From Microgenomates group bacterium (lineage in GTDB: Bacteria; Patescibacteriota; Microgenomatia; UBA12405), in assembly GCA_049303675.1 (NCBI GenBank), contig JBAQNJ010000001.1, forward strand, positions 747,569 through 811,568: DNA of 64,000 nt, given 5' to 3'. This document shows positions 60,857 to 64,000 of the stretch, piece by piece. Each line of letters begins with the position of its first letter. Positions within the stretch are counted from its first letter, which is position 1. Made by a program: the position numbers and the translations under genes. The notes beneath the pieces are model-generated. The model was given only the letters and a program-made list of their open reading frames with translations, ran no database searches and was not told the DNA's origin.

Positions 60857-61162
60857 CTAAACAGTTATTCTCCGTAAAATTATCTCACTAATCTCAGTTT
60901 GAACATTTTTTGTCATCATTTTATCGATATCTTTTAACAAATCATATAAGACATTACCGCAGCGACAATATATTCTCAATTTCCCCTCCACTCTACTTTT
61001 GACCAGTCCCGATTTTTTCAAAACACTCAAGTGAGACGATAGTGTTGCCTGTCCGATTTCCAAGTTTGCCAGCATTTGGTTGACAGTCATCTCTTTATCC
61101 TTTAACATAATCAGAATCGCTCTCCGATTCTTATCTGCTAGTGATTTATATATTCTGTCCAC
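60857..61162 (-). CDS. ArsR/SmtB-family transcriptional regulator
   Basis: LAD.NRR.IL..L...E..V......L.I.Q...S.HL..L...GLV winged HTH. Confidence 0.75.
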   Translation of the reverse strand: MDRIYKSLADKNRRAILIMLKDKEMTVNQMLANLEIGQATLSSHLSVLKKSGLVKSRVEGKLRIYCRCGNVLYDLLKDIDKMMTKNVQTEISEIILRRITV

Positions 61163-61205
61163 AGTTGCATTATATCGATATTTATCAATTTAATAAATAA
61201 CCGCC

Positions 61206-62279
61206 ATGAGTAAACTAAATTTTCCCGTTCAATCAAATAAAGTCGCCGGTGTCGACCAAGACTTCAATATCTCTGACCCAGGCCAAAGACAAACATATTT
61301 TCGTTTAAAAGCCGGCCCAGAAATAGAAAAAATAAAAACGTATCTAGAAAATCGTACCTTTGTCGCCATTATGTTGGGTAAGAAGGGTTCAGGCAAGGGT
61401 ACTTATTCTGGAATGCTCAAAGAAATTTTTGGCGATGATCATATTGGCCAAATTTCTGTTGGTGATATCACTAGAGCTGTATTTGAGGAAATCAAAAATC
61501 CCCAAGGTATGGCAGATCTAAAAAAATATCTCGAAAATAATTATCGAGGGTATATATCTATTGACGAAGCAATCGACATCTTTGTCAACAAAACTCAAGG
61601 TAAACTATTACCCACCGAATTTATCCTCAGTCTAGTCACTCGGGAAATTGAAAAACTTCCCCGTAAAGCGCTCATAATCGACGGGTTCCCTAGAAATGTC
61701 GACCAAGTCTCCTACTCACTCTACCTCCGCTCCATTATCAACTTTAGAGACGATCCTGATTTCATGGTATTAATAGACATTCCCGAGACAGTCATTGATG
61801 CCCGCATCAAAAATCGTTTTATCTGTCCTAAGTGTCAAACTTCTCGAAACCTGACCCTCTTACCTTCAAGTAAGATTGGATTTGATGAAACCAGTAAAGA
61901 ATATTATCTTATTTGTGACAAAGCTGGCTGCGATGGTGGCAGAATGGTCAGAAAAGAAGGTGATGAGCAGGGGATTGCCCCCATTAAAGATCGTTTAGAC
62001 CTCGACGGATCATTAATGGAAATGGCTCAAGACATCCATGGTATTCAAAAAATATTTTTACGTAACCCAATTCCTTTAGAAAAAGTCGACGAAAACTTTG
62101 ACACCTACGAAATGACTCCCGAATTTTATTATGAAAAAAGTGAATCAGGAGAGATAGCTACTAAGACCAAGCCATGGGTGGTCAAAGACGACAATGGTAT
62201 TGACTGCGTTAGCCTTATGGCTCCTGCCGTCATGGTCAGCTATCTCCGTCAATTGGCCAAGATACTACCAAACATATAG
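61206..62279 (+). CDS. adk: adenylate kinase with ~50-aa N-terminal and ~90-aa C-terminal extensions
   Basis: LGKKGSGKGT P-loop, QISVGDITRA, IIDGFPR, zinc-LID CPKC...C..C. Confidence 0.8.
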   Translation: MSKLNFPVQSNKVAGVDQDFNISDPGQRQTYFRLKAGPEIEKIKTYLENRTFVAIMLGKKGSGKGTYSGMLKEIFGDDHIGQISVGDITRAVFEEIKNPQGMADLKKYLENNYRGYISIDEAIDIFVNKTQGKLLPTEFILSLVTREIEKLPRKALIIDGFPRNVDQVSYSLYLRSIINFRDDPDFMVLIDIPETVIDARIKNRFICPKCQTSRNLTLLPSSKIGFDETSKEYYLICDKAGCDGGRMVRKEGDEQGIAPIKDRLDLDGSLMEMAQDIHGIQKIFLRNPIPLEKVDENFDTYEMTPEFYYEKSESGEIATKTKPWVVKDDNGIDCVSLMAPAVMVSYLRQLAKILPNI

Positions 62280-62285
62280 ATAGTA

Positions 62286-62314
62286 TTGACACTACTAGTA
62301 CTCTCATGTATAAT
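62286..62314 (+). promoter_or_regulatory. perfect sigma70 consensus promoter TTGACA-17nt-TATAAT
   Basis: TTGACA at 62286-62291, 17-nt spacer, TATAAT at 62309-62314; GTG start of next gene at 62323. Confidence 0.55.
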
Positions 62315-62322
62315 CCACGGTT

Positions 62323-63201
62323 GTGGATAACAACATCGGTAAAAAAATTAAACAACTACGACTCAAGTCCGGTATCACTCAAAAGGAACTTGCTGCTCAT
62401 CTTGATTGTACTGAGATAATGATAAGTAGGTACGAATTGGGTGTTTCTCAAATATCTATTTCTCAGCTAGTAAGGGTCGCCAAAGTCTTAAACTTACCCG
62501 TAACCTCATTTTTTGAAGATATTGAAAACAGTACTCACAATACTAGTAAGCCGGCTAATTTCAAAAACGCTTTTGTCTTTGATTTAGACGATACCTTAGT
62601 TGACTCACGTCAATTTTGTGGCGAAACTATGGCCCGAGTCATTACCGCCGTAGATCCAAAAATTAGTTTTGATATGGTTTGTCAGCTTCATGACAACCTG
62701 AAAGGTTTGACAATTGATGATTTATACAAACATATTGCTAGGGAAATCGGCCTAAACGCGGACATGCCAGAATTATTAAAACAAGACTACCTTATTCAAC
62801 AACAAAACATCCATCGACTACAAATATTCGAAGGTGTTGTTGAAATGCTCGAATTCTTAAAATCCAGTGGCAAGAAACTCTATATCTGTACCAATCGTAA
62901 AAAGAAGTTAATGGAGCAAGTCATTGAGGCAAACAATATCCACGGATACTTTGATGAAATTATCTCCTGTATTGATGCTGGATACAAAAAACCCAACCCT
63001 CATTGTTTGTTGGATTTAATCCACAGGTCAGGAATTGATCCAAAAGAATTTATCTATTTTGGAGATTCAGAAGTTGATTCAATATTCGCTCAAAACGCTG
63101 GTATCGATCACATTGTCTTTGATCAGTACCTAAACAACAAAAATTTATTCAAAAAATTGGTCAATATGTTTTTGGAAAAGCAGATAAACGGATTCCATTA
63201 A
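62323..63201 (+). CDS. fusion protein: N-terminal XRE-type HTH + C-terminal HAD-superfamily hydrolase
   Basis: IKQLRLKSGITQKELA HTH; FVFDLDDTLVDS (HAD motif I), CTNR (II), K...GDS.VD (III/IV); GTG start. Confidence 0.7.
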   Translation: MDNNIGKKIKQLRLKSGITQKELAAHLDCTEIMISRYELGVSQISISQLVRVAKVLNLPVTSFFEDIENSTHNTSKPANFKNAFVFDLDDTLVDSRQFCGETMARVITAVDPKISFDMVCQLHDNLKGLTIDDLYKHIAREIGLNADMPELLKQDYLIQQQNIHRLQIFEGVVEMLEFLKSSGKKLYICTNRKKKLMEQVIEANNIHGYFDEIISCIDAGYKKPNPHCLLDLIHRSGIDPKEFIYFGDSEVDSIFAQNAGIDHIVFDQYLNNKNLFKKLVNMFLEKQINGFH

Positions 63202-63282
63202 TCTAATTCCTAGATAATTACCCTCGTTTTTGATATATTATCCGTACCGCAACTCATGGGCCATCGCCCTGAGCCTTTCGTT

Positions 63283-63359
63283 GGGTCCTTGGTGCAGCGG
63301 TCTAGCACATCCGCCTGTCACGCGGAAGATCGTGGGTTCGAATCCCATAGGACCCGCCA
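63283..63359 (+). tRNA. tRNA-Asp (anticodon GTC), CCA encoded
   Basis: manual fold; anticodon loop CTGTCAC; canonical T-arm GTGGG-TTCGAAT-CCCAT. Confidence 0.9.
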
Positions 63360-63422
63360 ACATTTTATAAATATAAATACACTCCATCTTTCCATCTATT
63401 TAATGTTTTGATATAATAGGAA

Positions 63423-63782
63423 ATGGGTGTAATTAAACCATCTGAAGTAATAATAGGTGAACAACCTCGAGAAAAAATCGTTTTTCATTTTGTCGGTGGA
63501 GTGCAAGAAGCAGCAACTTTAAAAACTAAAAGAGCTGATGTCTTTTTTACTGGTGTTGACCCAACTATTGTAGAGGGTTTACAACGAACTGCAAATTTAC
63601 CAGACGGAGAGCCATTTCTTATCTTTCCAGGAAATATAGCACCAGCTGTGGCTGATAGTTTGGGTGTTACTATGGATAGTCTTTCGGTACAAGCCAACAG
63701 TGAAGGAATACTTGTAAAGGGTGGTGCAATTAGAGTAAAACTTGATGACAAAGGTATTAAACTTAATTTTATAAACAAATAG
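63423..63782 (+). CDS. hypothetical protein
   Basis: 119-aa ORF; extended -10 (TGaTATAAT) 5 nt upstream of ATG. Confidence 0.35.
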   Translation: MGVIKPSEVIIGEQPREKIVFHFVGGVQEAATLKTKRADVFFTGVDPTIVEGLQRTANLPDGEPFLIFPGNIAPAVADSLGVTMDSLSVQANSEGILVKGGAIRVKLDDKGIKLNFINK

Positions 63783-63931
63783 AAGAACTAGGCTCAAAAG
63801 TTATATTTAGTCGCAAATAAGTTCTAATCTCTTCCCACAAACTCCGCAAAAATATTTTTAAACGGTAAATACGTATATATTGCATCTTCTATTTTCATTG
63901 AAACATATTATAGGTAATGTTATAATTAACC

Positions 63932-64000
63932 ATGGCAGTCGATCAAAATTTTGGTTTCTGGGTAACAGTTCCACAAGGTAATGGTTATGATAGAAAACTA
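63932..64000 (+). CDS. partial CDS (5' end only), hypothetical
   Basis: ATG 5 nt after TGtTATAAT box; runs off window end. Confidence 0.2.
   Translation, partial: MAVDQNFGFWVTVPQGNGYDRKL

Noticed and set aside
1-64000. CRISPR arrays, transposases, integrases, toxin-antitoxin or restriction-modification genes
   Set aside because: No spacer-repeat periodicity and no DDE/tyrosine-recombinase/PIN/HEPN-like ORFs were recognised. Inverted repeats found were single hairpins (terminator at 46905, palindrome at 54091).

Overview
This is a low-GC (~37-40%), gene-dense bacterial window with mostly short or overlapping gene junctions. TATAAT boxes often sit only 5-8 nt upstream of start codons, which suggests leaderless mRNAs. 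The gene content points to a small-genome Patescibacteria/CPR-like organism; this is inference only. Signals include an alpha2-type GlyRS, a minimal dcw cluster, many glycosyltransferases, an adenylate kinase with extensions, and tRNAs lacking encoded CCA. Layout: (i) 0-29.8 kb is one large surface-glycan biosynthesis island. It holds GT2 x6, GT4 x6, three GT-C/PMT-ArnT-like membrane transferases, a YfhO protein, two paralogous flippase-like membrane proteins, an FkbM methyltransferase, a Cst-II/MAF-like transferase, GalE, ManC, a PglC-like priming phosphoglycosyl transferase, DUF4012, an O-antigen-ligase-like protein, an LbH acetyltransferase and an SDR reductase. (ii) 29.8-50.7 kb holds recO and glyQS, then a dcw cell-wall/division cluster. 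The dcw cluster has non-canonical inserts: an Ate1/Bpt (ATE_C)-like aminoacyl-tRNA transferase homolog, an NlpC/P60 peptidase, an unannotated LysW-like zinc-ribbon ORF, a truncated threonine-synthase-like PLP enzyme and an atypical ATP-grasp ligase. ileS and a second SEDS (rodA-like) gene follow. (iii) 50.7-64 kb holds rplU-rpmA, an orphan parB, lepB, four tRNAs (Val, Thr, Gly, Asp) and a large secreted lectin-like plus lipase protein with a PT-repeat linker. It also holds a second small GT2/GT2/ligase module, a LysM protein, an ArsR regulator, an extended adenylate kinase and an HTH-XRE::HAD fusion behind a perfect sigma70 consensus promoter. The most unusual signals are as follows. Three of four tRNAs carry a non-canonical T-loop (UCCGA, C55 instead of the near-universal U55). 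A GC-rich structured element next to tRNA-Val has the same motif. The dcw cluster contains an embedded aminoacyl-tRNA-transferase-like / LysW-like / PLP / ATP-grasp gene set, which may represent an undescribed peptidoglycan-precursor modification module. No CRISPR, transposases, integrases or defence genes were recognised.
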